A program made the position numbers and the translations under genes. A stretch of 63,335 nt of DNA, the filler included, from Octopus bimaculoides (lineage: Eukaryota): NCBI RefSeq assembly GCF_001194135.2. It is 4 parts of 4 records of this genome, joined end to end, with 100 filler letters (N's around TTAATTAATTAA, not from the genome) between each part and the next. Parts side by side here need not be neighbours in the genome. Positions count along the whole stretch, not along the records: positions 1 to 29,830 come from NC_068996.1; 3 more parts are not named here. The stretch is one strand, 5' to 3'. This document shows, piece by piece, positions 1-11,972 of the stretch; the first letter of the stretch is position 1; each line of letters begins with the position of its first letter. The notes beneath the pieces are model-generated. The model made no database searches, was not told the origin of the DNA, and saw only the letters and a list, made by a program, of their open reading frames with translations.

Positions 1-9
1 TATATATAT

Positions 10-70
<61 letters not shown>

Positions 71-234
71 GCTTATATATATATGTATATATATGTGTGT
101 GTATGTATATATACATATATGTGTGTGTATGTGTGTATGTATATATATATGCGTATATATATATATATATATACATATATATATGTATGTGTGTGTGTGT
201 GTATGTATGTATGTATATATATGTATGTGTATGT

Positions 235-540
235 ATCTACAAAGAATACAAAATAGGGCCCTTCACATCGTGACAGGCTGCAAAAAAGGACCACACCCAT
301 AGACTACTTACATAATGAAAGGAAAATGCTAAAATTGAAAGACCACTGGGCACAATAGGTGACACAGTTTACTATTGCAGCAAGTTCCAGCAAACAATTC
401 CCAACCATGACATATTCAATCTCTCTGAAAACGTGCAGACATGTCTACAATGCCACACCACAAAAGCACCACCACCACGACATCATTCTAACGTTACTAA
501 CCATCCCATTTGGTCGAGACAACTACAAAAGCATGTGCAC
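235..540 (+). mobile_element. Non-LTR retrotransposon remnant, RT C-terminal region (I/Jockey-group-like)
   Basis: Frameshifted translation LQRIQNRALHIVTGCKK/PIDYLHNERKMLKLKDHW resembles the post-RT motif LQxxQNxALRxxTGC..TPIDHLHxE of this group; stops present. Confidence 0.65.
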
Positions 541-1025
541 ACACACACAATACGCACACATGCATACACACACACTCTCTCACAAACACACACAAAGTAT
601 ATATGTATACAAAAGCACACATGTTAAAGCCTGCTCATATATACAAGAGTGCACACATGCATGCATACACACACACATATACACACACACACAAAGTATA
701 TACGTATACAAAAGCACACACATGGTAAAGCCAACTCATATATATACAAAAGCACGCGCACACACACACACACAAACACGCATACACACACAAAGCACAT
801 AAGTATACAAATGCACACACATGGTAAAGCCAGCTCATATATACAAAAGCACACACATACACACACGCACACACACAAACACAAACATGCACACACACAA
901 AACACATACACATACAAAACCACACAATAGACATTCAAACACATATGCAAAAGCACACACACACATATACATACACACACATACAAATAGACACACACAC
1001 ACACACACACATACATGTACACAAA
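540..1025. repeat. CA-rich compound minisatellite, three ~100-bp units
   Basis: CACACATG(G/T)TAAAGCC..CTCATATATACAA recurs near 615, 715 and 815 among (CA)n. Confidence 0.75.
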
Positions 1026-1945
1026 AGCTCAGGTATACAAAAACACAACCATGACCATTTAACACCTTTTTCTTTTGCATTATCCTGTTTTCATAGGGTT
1101 CCCTTTCAGGGAGAGAGGAGAAAGAGAGAAAGGTGAAAAAGAGAGAGAGAGAGGAGAAAGAAAGAGAGAAAGAGAGAGAGTAAGAATGTGTGTTTAAGTG
1201 ATTAATAGGATGGCCATGTGTGTGTGTGTCTTGGCAGGAATATAGGGTGTGACCGTCAATAATATTGGCCTGATGCTAGTGTTCTCCAACAGGTGTGCTA
1301 CCTCTCACCTGTCGTTGGAACTCCACGCTTACTTAGACAATTAGGTTCTTTTCTGCTTTGTTAGTCCATTACATATTGATTTCAAATTTTGACACAAGGC
1401 CAGCAATTTCAGGAGAGAGAGTAAGTCAATTATATCGACCCCAGTGCTGGACTGATACTTATTTCATTAATCCCTAAGAGATGAAAGGCTAAGTGGACCT
1501 CAGCAGGATTTGAACTCAAAATGTAAAGACCGCTAGAATGCTGCTAAATATTTCACCCAGTGTGCTGATGATTCTGCCCACATACTACCCTGCAATCCAT
1601 TAATCCATTACATTGGATTGGATCGGGTTGCCTATGTTCAGTCCCCTGCAGGATGAAGGCCTCAGAATGTTCTCTCTGCCAGAGAATAGCTTGAGGTCAT
1701 TGTACAGGTTTGATGAGGCCTACTCTGCCGCACTGGCTTGACATTGCTTGGCAGAGGGAGTGCAGTTTTTATACTCTTACCTAGGAGTAGTTCAGTCAAT
1801 TACATCAACCCCAGTATGCAAATGGTACTTATTTTTATCCACCCTGAAAGATGAAAGGCAAAGTCGATGTTGGCAGAGTTTGAACTCAGAATATAAAGAC
1901 AGACAAAATGCTGCTCACCATTTTGTTCAACATGCTAACAATTCT

Positions 1946-2176
1946 TATTTCTTTATTGCCCACAAGAGGCTAAACATAAAGGGGATAAACAAGGACAGAC
2001 AAAGGGATTAAGTCGATTACATCGACCCCAGTGCATAACTGGTACTTAATTTATCGACCTTGAAAGGATGAAAGGCAAAGTCAACCTTGGCAGAATTTGA
2101 ACTCAGAACATAGCGGCAGACGAAATACCGCTAAACATTTCGCCCGGCGTGCTAACGATTCTGTCAGCTCACCGCC
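1946..2176 (-). mobile_element. Young full-length tRNA-derived SINE (OR2-like) with 17-bp TSD, nested in an older copy
   Basis: Head GGCGGTGAGCTGACAGAATCGTTAGCAC on the minus strand; direct repeat AACATGCTAACAATTCT at 1929-1945 and 2177-2193; CpGs intact. Confidence 0.9.
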
Positions 2177-2202
2177 AACATGCTAACAATTCTGCCAGAT
2201 CA

Positions 2203-2262
2203 CTAACCCTAACCCTAACCCTAACCCTAACCCTAACCCTAACCCTAACCCTAACCCTAACC
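2203..2262. repeat. Interstitial telomeric repeat (CTAACC)10
   Basis: Ten consecutive CTAACC units, i.e. TTAGGG on the minus strand. Confidence 0.95.
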
Positions 2263-2879
2263 ACAGAGTTTATAGAGGCAGATTTTTTTCCCTACAGTTA
2301 AATGCCCTTCCTGTTGCCAATCCTAACCTGTTTTCAAGCAATAGTTTCCTATGACCAGACATGTCATACTTGCCTGACAGTGACACACATTTACAACTCT
2401 TATTTATGTGATGTCATGCCCAGGTGACACAAGCACACTCACACATACAGACACACATACACACACACACATATCACAGGCCCTTTTCAGTTTCCATCAA
2501 CCAAATCCACTCACAAGGCTTCAGCCACCCTAGGGCTATAATAAAAAACACTTGCCCAAGGTGCTATGCAGTGGGACTGAACCCAGAAATCAGAATCATG
2601 TTGTTGGAAAGCAAATGACTTACCACACAGCCATGCCAGTGTGTGTGTGTTTGTGTGTGTGTGTGTGCGTGTGTGTGTGTGTGTGTGTATACACACACAC
2701 ACACATTTGATACATTGATTGAGTTCGCTGTTCACTTGATGCTTGTTGTTTTTATTAATTTAAAAACTATTATGTTAAATGCATAATTGTGTGTGTACAC
2801 TCACACACACACACCTGTATGTATATCAGGAAAAAACTTTTTTAAACTGGAACAGTTCAATATTAAATGCAAAGGTGAA

Positions 2880-3560
2880 CAACAACAGTGAAGATAGAAC
2901 AACAGTTGAAGTTTTTCCTTGTATTTCAATATTTCAAGGTTAGGACCTTTTCATCAGGACACATGGAAAAATAGGAGATAAAGTAAAACTATCATCATTG
3001 CTCAGATATGTGGAAGACAGTAGTGACACATGCAAACTGATGTTGTCTGCTTCATGTAGCTCTTTTCTGTTGTTTAAATGCTGGTTTCATTTTAGTAATT
3101 AGGATAGTCTTCTTGATTTGAAGTTTGCCTGTGTTATGTTCCATGCCCTGATGGATGCAGTAAAGTCCTGGGTCCAGCACATCTGCAGGTGTTTGTGGAC
3201 TGAATTGTTTGTGCAAACATGTTCTTTTATAAAATGTTCATTTTCTGGTGGTGCTCCCAATGTTGGATATACCACACTATCTGCAGACAACCTTATGTAC
3301 CACAAAGGCCCTTGCGCACATCTTTAACTTAGTGGGGCAATTGGGAAGTGTGCCTTCTACAATGTTGTTTGTGGAATGTTTTCTGGAGGGAAATTTCCTC
3401 AGTGATGGACCAGAGTGCACCATCTGTATGTTTAATCCCCAACTGCAGGCTGCATGATGGGATTGCAACAGTGGTTCCATCGTTGAAGTAGGGTAGTTTT
3501 AAGAAGCATGTATCAATCTTGGAAGTATGAACCTTTTTTATGATGTTTATTAACTTTAGC
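2880..3560 (-). mobile_element. Penelope-like element 3' fragment (linker, GIY-YIG endonuclease, terminal repeat)
   Basis: Minus frames give FLKLPYFNDGTT, GPSLRKFPSR, VVHKVVCR, FIKEHVCTNNSVHKHL, consistent with a decayed PLE C-terminus; a hammerhead-like motif follows downstream. Confidence 0.7.
2924..2962 (-). ncRNA. Decayed minimal type I hammerhead ribozyme motif
   Basis: CTGATGA-A-AAGG-tcctaa-CCTT-GAAA-TA-TT on the minus strand; departures fit CpG decay of CCTC-GAAA-CG-TT. Confidence 0.55.
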
Positions 3561-3962
3561 ATTGATTATATGCACCACATAATGAGTGCATTTATAGTCC
3601 ATTGTGGAAAAATACAATGCATGCACCCATCTTTATTTAAAAACAGTTTTGATATTTCTTTTATCTTTTATTTTTTTTACTTGTTTCAATCATAGTACTA
3701 CAACCATGCTGGGGTGCAGCCTTGAAGGGTTTAGTCAAACAAATTGACACCTATACACATTTTAAAGCTTGATACTTATTTTATTAGTCCCTTTTTTGCT
3801 GGACTGCTAAATTACAGGGATATAAACAAACTAACACCGGTTGTCAAACACAAATATAAAGATACACACACACACATACATACATACATACATACATACA
3901 TGCATGCATACACATATACATGCATACATACATATATATATATGTGTGTGTGTGTGTAATAT

Positions 3963-4185
3963 ACGTGTATAAGGGATGACCACTAGGTGGACATCCAATA
4001 TGCTAGAATGAGGTCATCAACGACCCAACCACAAAGAAAGATTGTTTTCCAGAAAAAATTTTGGAAAACATCTGGTGTTTTGCGAATTTTTTTCTGGAGA
4101 ACATAATTTTTCTTTGTGGTTGGGTCGCTGATGACCTCTTTCTAGCATATTGGATGTCCACCTAGTGGTCATCCTTTATACACGT
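3963..4185. mobile_element. MITE-like foldback element
   Basis: About 98-bp imperfect inverted arms (3963-4060 / 4085-4185) with a ~24-bp spacer. Confidence 0.75.
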
Positions 4186-4310
4186 GTAATACAATTTTTT
4201 CTGAATTTTCAGATTTTTTTATATGCTNNNNNNNNNNNNNNNNNNNNNNNNNNNNNNNNNNNNNNNNNNNNNNNNNNNNNNNNNNNNNNNNNNNNNNNNN
4301 NNNNNNNNNN

Positions 4311-4346
<36 letters not shown>

Positions 4347-5049
4347 GACAGTCTTCTTTCAATTTCTTTCAACCAAATCCATTCGCAAGCCTTTATTCAA
4401 CCCAGGGTTATAGCAGAAGACACATGTACATGCTTTAGGACTGAACCCAGAACATTGCATTTGGAAAGCAAACTTCTTATCACAAGGCCAAGCCAGCACA
4501 CTTTTTTTTTTATTTTTCATATATTATTATTAAACTCGTTAGCAAAAGAGAAAGACTAATGGTATACTCTAATACATTTAGTACATTCATTTAATATGTC
4601 AAGGACTGTAAAGGAAAGTTGAGAATCACTGGTCCAGTGATATATATTACACATTTCTTCAATTACCACAAGGTCACTAATTGTACAGGGCAGAGAAAAT
4701 GTCAATGGAATCCACCCTGGTACATCGCTGGTACATATTTAAAAACTCTGAAGAGATGACAGAAAAGAAAAATGTCATCATCAGTGAACTTTGAACGTTG
4801 AACTTAACAGGGTGCTGCTAGATATGTTGCAAGGTATTTTTCTGGCATTTTTATCATTTCCGTTACTTCACAGCGTTTGAAAGTGACATAACAAGACATA
4901 ATGTTAGTGTCAAAAATTACTTTGTATCATCGAAAGAGAATACTAACCAATGAGGGATCTTCCAACGTGGTCACCTGACCTGCTGGAAGAAGTAAAAGAA
5001 TTCATTTCAACTCACATCTTACCATCTTAAAAAAAAAAAAAATTGAAGG

Positions 5050-5530
5050 ACATATCTTTTATGCTTTACTTGCTTCAGTCACTGGACTGCAGCCATGCTG
5101 GAGCACCACCTTGAAGGGTTTAGAGAAAGCAAATTGACCCCCAATACTTATTTTAAAGCCTAACATTTATTCTATCAATCTCTTTTGCTGGACTGCTAAA
5201 TTACAAGGACATAAACAAAACAACACTGGCTGTCAAGCAATTGGGGAGTGAGGGGGAAAAACATAAACATAAACATACACACACACACACACACACACAC
5301 ATATATTCACATATATACATACATATGTATGTATATGTATGTGCATGCGTGTGTGTGTGTATACAACAGGCTTTTTTCAGTTTCTGTCTACCAAATCCAT
5401 ACACAAGGCTTTGGTTGGACCAGAGCTTTAGTAGAAGAAACTTGCACATGGTGATATGCAGTGGGACTGAACCCAGAACCATGTGGCTGGGAGGTAAAAT
5501 TCATATCACACAGCCACACATGTACCTATA
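5050..5530 (-). mobile_element. tRNA/CORE-type SINE (OR1-like) with internal (CA/TA)n, decayed
   Basis: Colinear with the better-preserved copies at 55557-55970 and 58152-58549. Confidence 0.8.
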
Positions 5531-5914
5531 GCAATTCTGAATATCAAATGAGATGGTCATGATTAGAATGTCATTTGATCAAATATCTACTTGGTCAAAG
5601 CTAACTGAGGCTGGATTAGAACATTAACAACAACAATAAAATTCTTTAACAGTGAACCATGCCTAATTAACATTTAAAAATTACTTTTATTTAAACTAAA
5701 ATTTTCCAATTTCTTTTTCTTTCTTATGCTCTCTTTCTTTTTTCTTTCTTTCTTTCTTTCTCCCTCTTTCTCTCTCTCTCTCTCTCACTTACTCTCTCTC
5801 TCTTACTCTCTCTTTCTCTCTCTCATTCACTCTCTCCCTCTTTCACCCTTTCTCGATCTCTTTCTCTCTTACTTTCTCTCTCAGATATATATGTATATTA
5901 TCATTATCATCATC

Positions 5915-6267
5915 ATCATCATAATCATCGTTTAACGTCCGCTTTCCATGCTAGCATAGGTTGAGCGATTTGACTGAGGACTGACAAACCAGATGGCTGC
6001 ACCTGGCTCATATATATATATATATATATATATATCATCATCATCATCATCATCGTTTAACGTCCGCTTTCCATGCTAGCATGGGTTGGACGATTTGACT
6101 GAGGAATGATGAAACCGGATGGCAACACCAGCGTCCAATCTGATTTGGCAGAGTTTCTACGGCTGGATGCCCTTCCTAACGCCAACCACTCAGAGAGTGT
6201 AGTGGGTGCTTTTACGTGTCACCCACACGAAGGCCAGTCAGGCGGTACTGGCAACGGCCATGCTCAA
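5915..6267 (-). mobile_element. Two tandem 3' tails of an RTE-related repeat ending in (ATG)n
   Basis: CATCATCGTTTAACGTCCGCTTTCCATGCTAGCAT occurs twice; related copies at about 7845-8035, 10955-11290 and 28560-28880, each abutting GAT/CAT repeats. RTE assignment is from recall. Confidence 0.6.
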
Positions 6268-7058
6268 NNNNNNNNNNNNNNNNNNNNNNNNNNNNNNNNN
6301 NNNNNNNNNNNNNNNNNNNNNNNNNNNNNNNNNNNNNNNNNNNNNNNNNNNNNNNNNNNNNNNNNNNNNNNNNNNNNNNNNNNNNNNNNNNNNNNNNNNN
6401 NNNNNNNNNNNNNNNNNNNNNNNNNNNNNNNNNNNNNNNNNNNNNNNNNNNNNNNNNNNNNNNNNNNNNNNNNNNNNNNNNNNNNNNNNNNNNNNNNNNN
6501 NNNNNNNNNNNNNNNNNNNNNNNNNNNNNNNNNNNNNNNNNNNNNNNNNNNNNNNNNNNNNNNNNNNNNNNNNNNNNNNNNNNNNNNNNNNNNNNNNNNN
6601 NNNNNNNNNNNNNNNNNNNNNNNNNNNNNNNNNNNNNNNNNNNNNNNNNNNNNNNNNNNNNNNNNNNNNNNNNNNNNNNNNNNNNNNNNNNNNNNNNNNN
6701 NNNNNNNNNNNNNNNNNNNNNNNNNNNNNNNNNNNNNNNNNNNNNNNNNNNNNNNNNNNNNNNNNNNNNNNNNNNNNNNNNNNNNNNNNNNNNNNNNNNN
6801 NNNNNNNNNNNNNNNNNNNNNNNNNNNNNNNNNNNNNNNNNNNNNNNNNNNNNNNNNNNNNNNNNNNNNNNNNNNNNNNNNNNNNNNNNNNNNNNNNNNN
6901 NNNNNNNNNNNNNNNNNNNNNNNNNNNNNNNNNNNNNNNNNNNNNNNNNNNNNNNNNNNNNNNNNNNNNNNNNNNNNNNNNNNNNNNNNNNNNNNNNNNN
7001 NNNNNNNNNNNNNNNNNNNNNNNNATATATATATATATAATACCTGTGTCTGTCTATA

Positions 7059-7103
<45 letters not shown>

Positions 7104-8032
7104 GTTTATCTATCAACCTATCTGTTTATCTCTTTATCTATCTACCTATCTACCTAACTATCTATGTACCTATCTATTTATCTTTATGTTACCCTCTATC
7201 TGTGTGTCTATCTGACTGACTCTTTTACTTATCTACCTAGCTACATGTCTGTTTTTAGTCTTTTGTGCATGTACTTATGTATGCATGAGTGAGAGAGTGA
7301 ATGAGTAAGTGTGTGAGCGTGTGTGTGTGTGTGTGTGTGTCTGCCTGTCTGTCTGTCCGTCTGTCTGTTTGTCTGTCCATGTGTATCTGTGTGCTTATCT
7401 TACCATAATCTTTTTCCTTATATTCATACACTCCATGCTATTATTTCTGCATCAAATCAAGCTTTTAATAATTTGAGTTCAAAAACGATTCTCTTCCCAC
7501 CTTACCGTTATCTTCGACTTTCTAAGTTCCATTTCATTCTTTACCGTCTCTGTTTCTTTTTTTTTCTTTTTTGTGTTTCTTTCTTTATTTTGTTTCCATT
7601 GTCTTCTTTTTCTTTTTCTTATGAATGATGCTAGTCTTGTGAATGATGCTAGTTATTAATCCTTCATGTACACAATCGTTGCCCTTGTGGCAAAAGAAAT
7701 AAGACACCTGTGCTTGTTTCTCTATCGCAGTTTAGCCTTTAAAACCTGACATAAAGTCACCTCCCCCTCTTTAAAATACATTCCCACTCAGTCGAGAGAG
7801 GACTTTTTCCTTTTCCTTTCTGTACTCTTCTTTCTCTTGCAAGGTACTTGGCAACCCCACTGGTGCTGGTATCATGATAAAAGCACACAGTACACACTGA
7901 AAAGTGGTCAGTGTTAGAAAGGGCAGCATCCAGCTGTAGAAACCATGCCAAAACAGGCACTAGGGTCTGATACACCACAGGAGTTCACTGTCAAATCATC
8001 CAACCCTCACTAACATGGAGACCACATGTTCA

Positions 8033-8034
<2 letters not shown>

Positions 8035-8069
<35 letters not shown>

Positions 8070-8545
8070 CAACCACAATGTTGATGATGATGAATTTGTC
8101 AATGATGATGACAATAATGACAATGATGGTGATGATGATGACAGATGATGACAAGAACGATGATGACGATGACAATGGTGATGATGATGATGATGATGAT
8201 TATGATGATGATGATGACGACGACGATAATGATGATGAATTTAACAAAGATGATGACAATAATGACAATGATGGTGATGAAGATGACAAATGATGATGAT
8301 GATGATGATGATGAGGATGATGAGGAGGAGGATGATGAGGAGGAGGAGGATGAGGATGAGGATGAGGATGATGATGATGAGGATGATGATGATGATGAGG
8401 AGGAGGAGGAGGAGGAGGAAGAAGAAGAGGAGGAAGAGGAGGAGNNNNNNNNNNNNNNAGGAGGAGGAGGAGGAGGAGGAGGAGGAGGAGGACGACGACG
8501 ACGACGACGACGACGACACTGATGATGATGATGAAGATGATGATG
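8035..8545. repeat. Compound (GAT)n/(GAG)n/(GAC)n microsatellite
   Basis: Directly visible; source of the poly-D/E/M ORFs. Confidence 0.95.
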
Positions 8546-8892
8546 TATATCCCCACATATTTTATAATCCATTTTGTGAAACACAATCACCATCATCATT
8601 ATAAATTGTTGGATTGGCAGAAGTGTTATAAATATGTGAACACATGGATGATATGGTCCTCATGTTACAGGAGAGCTTCCACTTGAGCCAATCAAGAGAC
8701 CCCCACAGATCCAGGATTACCTTCATCAACAGGGACAAAATGCCTTGCAGTATTTTTTTTTTTTTTGTTACTTTACATTCTGACTTCAAATCCTACCAAG
8801 ATCAACTAGAAAGGTACTAGAAAGGTACTAGGATCAATACAATCAACTGCTCACTTTCCCAAAATTTCTATTACTATTATTATCATTATAGC

Positions 8893-8928
<36 letters not shown>

Positions 8929-8942
8929 CGTCGTCGTCGTTA

Positions 8943-9034
<92 letters not shown>

Positions 9035-9035
9035 A

Positions 9036-9082
<47 letters not shown>

Positions 9083-9804
9083 GAGTGATTAGTTGGTTGG
9101 TTAAATAACTAAAGAGCTGACTAATAATAAAGAAGTGAAATTAAACCAGTGTGTGTTTATAGTTATTTGTGTAATGACCCTGCCAAGATACAGCAAGATT
9201 TGTTTCATCACGTGAAATCAGATCAAGAATCTTGCAAACCAAATACAATAACAAATTCTTATTACCATTATTGGAATTTGCCTCAATATCATGAGATTTT
9301 CTGTTTAAGTTTCACACTTTTTCTAATGTTTTTGTCCTAAAAGAGATTTGTTTACTTCAAGTTGTCAGTTTTGCTGAGAAACTGGCATACAATACTGAGA
9401 TTCAGTTTTTTTCTTTCTTTTGTTGACAACTACATACAAGGTCATACTATCAATAAAACTCCGGTTTTTTTTTTCTTCTTCTGTTTGTTTGTTTTCAAAA
9501 TTCTTATTTTCCTTTTTGAAAGAATATGGATGCCAAGATACCGAGAATGCCATCAAAAACACAGTGCTGGTGGTTTGAAGGAGATGAAAGAGAAGTGAAA
9601 GGTGTTGCTAAAACAGATGAAAAATGTTCTACAACTTTGATCTCAAAAACAAAGTGGTGCGACCGTTATGGCAATGATGTGCTTTGAAGTCATTGCTGCC
9701 TATGTTCTGCCATTTCATTGGTGTTGCTTCATGCAAATGAGGAAAACCAAAAATTGTAACAATCACAGCAGTAGTAACGATAATAGTACCAACAGCCAAG
9801 GAAA

Positions 9805-10110
9805 GGCACATGGCTCAGTGGTTAGAACTTTTGGCTCACAATCATCAAGTAGTGAGTTTGATTCCCAGACCAGGCTGCATGTTGTGTTCTTGAGCGAGAC
9901 ACTCTATTTCACATTCCTCCAGTTCACTCAGCTGTAGAAATGAGTTATGACATCACTGGTGCCAAGCTGTATCAGCCCCTTTGCCTTTCCCTTGGGTAAC
10001 ATTGGTGGTATCAATGGCTGCTGGTCTACCATAAAAAACAACCTTGCCTTGGAGGGGAACTTTCTAAGTGCAATCCCATGGTTATTCATGACTGAAAGGG
10101 GTCATTACTA
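9805..10110 (+). mobile_element. tRNA-derived SINE, second family; 3' part repeated at 10564-10740
   Basis: A-box-like TGGCTCAGTGG and B-box-like GAGTTTGATTCCC, then TTGTGTTCTTGAGCGAGACACT; related to 55020-55375. Confidence 0.7.
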
Positions 10111-10180
10111 TTCATCCTTTATCCTATATATATATATATATAGGTGAGAAAGTTGGTATGTGAAAGCACGTGGTTGGATG

Positions 10181-10545
10181 TATAAAAGATAATAAGAGTG
10201 AAAAAACTACAGAAGGCTTGTGTTACATGGTTAAAGTATATATTTAAATTATGTCAGAAAAATGTTAGAAAAATGTTATAAAATCTTTTTGGTATATAAA
10301 CATTGTATTTTGAGAAATAACCGGTTTCGTGTTGTCTTTTCAAATTTCTCTACTTCATGAAGTAGAGAAATTTGAAAAGACAACACGAAACCGGTTATTT
10401 CTCAAAATACAATGTTTATATACCAAAAAGATTTTATAACATTTTTCTAACATTTTTCTTACATTTTTCTGACATAATTTAAATATATACTTTAACCATG
10501 TAACACAAGCCTTCTGTAGTTTTTTCACTCTTATTATCTTTTATA
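10181..10545. repeat. Near-perfect 365-bp palindrome (PLE terminal-repeat-like)
   Basis: Centre between 10357 and 10358 (TACTTCA|TGAAGTA), no spacer; the right arm carries one extra 11-bp unit. Confidence 0.95.
10365..10403 (+). ncRNA. Minimal type I hammerhead ribozyme, U3-A8 variant (mirror copy 10312-10350, minus)
   Basis: Helix I GAGAAAT/ATTTCTC; core TTGAAAA; G-acaaca-C; GAAA; palindromic helix III A-CCGG-T; predicted cleavage GUU after 10396. Confidence 0.7.
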
Positions 10546-10952
10546 TTTATATATATATATATACACTCAGCTGTAGAAATGAGCTGCAATATCACTGGTG
10601 CCAAGCTGTATCAGCCTTTGCCTTTCCTTTAGATAACATCAGTGGTATGGCGAGGGGAGACTGGTATTCCATAAACAACCTTGCCCAGATTGGTGCCTCA
10701 CAGGGTAACTTTCTTGGTTTGTTTGTGTCCTTGTAACTTAACTGTTTGGTATGAAACACTGCTAAAATAAGTATCAGACTTTAAAATATAAGTATTGGGG
10801 TCAATTTCTTGAAGAAACCCTTTAATGTGGTACTCCATCATGGCCACAGTCCAATGACTGAAACAAGTAAAAGATAAAAAGACAAATGATGTGTAAACTG
10901 TTTCTTCTGAATGTTTTTCACTTTATGCTAGGGTTGAGAACTGCAGCTTCAC

Positions 10953-10993
<41 letters not shown>

Positions 10994-11707
10994 TTAACAT
11001 TCCTTGTCCATCCTGGCATGGGTTGGATGGTTTGACCAGAACTGAAAAGCTGGAAAGCAGGGAAGCTGCACCAAATTCCAATCTGATTTGGCTTGGTTTC
11101 TATGACTTGGTGCCCTTCCTAATGCCAATCACTTTACAGTGTTTGTTGGGTGCTTTTAACATGGCACCAGCATGAATGCTCCTACATGGCTCCAGTACAA
11201 GTGCTGTTTACGTGACAGTGGCATGTGATTCTTGCAAACCAATCCTGGATGGTTCTTTTGTCAGTGTTGCTGTTTATCACTTTGGCAGGAAATGTCATCA
11301 CCCTTCTGTTTTTTATGGTTTCTCACTTTGCTTTGATGTAAAGAATTGTCCATTGGCTCATTGTGCAGGCAAAAGACATATTCTTCATTTTTTGTTTTGT
11401 CATTTCCAGTGTTGTTGTTACCATTGTTTTGATGTTATAGAAATCTTTGGTTCATATGCCAATAAAATAAATGATTGATGTGAGTGAATGGGCCTGCCCT
11501 GAGCAGACATCTGTAAATCAGAGATAAGAAAGTGAGAAAAGACACAAGCCCCAGTTGTCAGGGCACCCATGGTTTTATGGGGTCTTTTTTTCCATGAGCA
11601 GCCCTTAAATGTCTCCTCTCTACTGAGGAATACTCATTGTTAAAATGTTATTACTAGTTCGTTTTTTTGTTGTTTCTTCTTTTGTTGTTTTTGCTGTTTC
11701 TTTTTTA

Positions 11708-11920
11708 TATATATAATGGGTCGATTAGTAAGCATCTTTGCTTTTCCTTATCTATAATTGTTATGACTGGTCTATTATTTCCTAATTTCTTGTCCATTTG
11801 AATAAGAAAGTCCAACAAAATCTTACACTTCTTCGACTCTATTACTCTTTCGGCTCGATGACTGTAATATGTTTTTCCAACCTCAAAACCCCATTTCTGG
11901 CAAGTTTTCCAGTGTAAATT
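11708..11920 (-). mobile_element. R4/Dong-clade LINE fragment (restriction-like endonuclease region)
   Basis: LHWKTCQKW..KILLDFLIQMDKKLGNNRPVITIIDKEKQRCLLID; abuts (TAA)n. Confidence 0.8.
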
Positions 11921-11922
11921 AT

Positions 11923-11972
<50 letters not shown>

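Noticed and set aside
4128-4160. CTGATGA in the right arm of the 4-kb foldback as a hammerhead
   Set aside because: No helix II or GAAA follows.
8671-8750. Apparent exon ELPLEPIKRPPQIQDYLHQQGQNALQ
   Set aside because: Weak donor, and the 3' part is decayed SINE sequence (GGACAAAATGCCTTGCAGTATTT).
11410-11480. AG..GT-bounded segment with good splice consensus
   Set aside because: Stops in all three frames; no further support.
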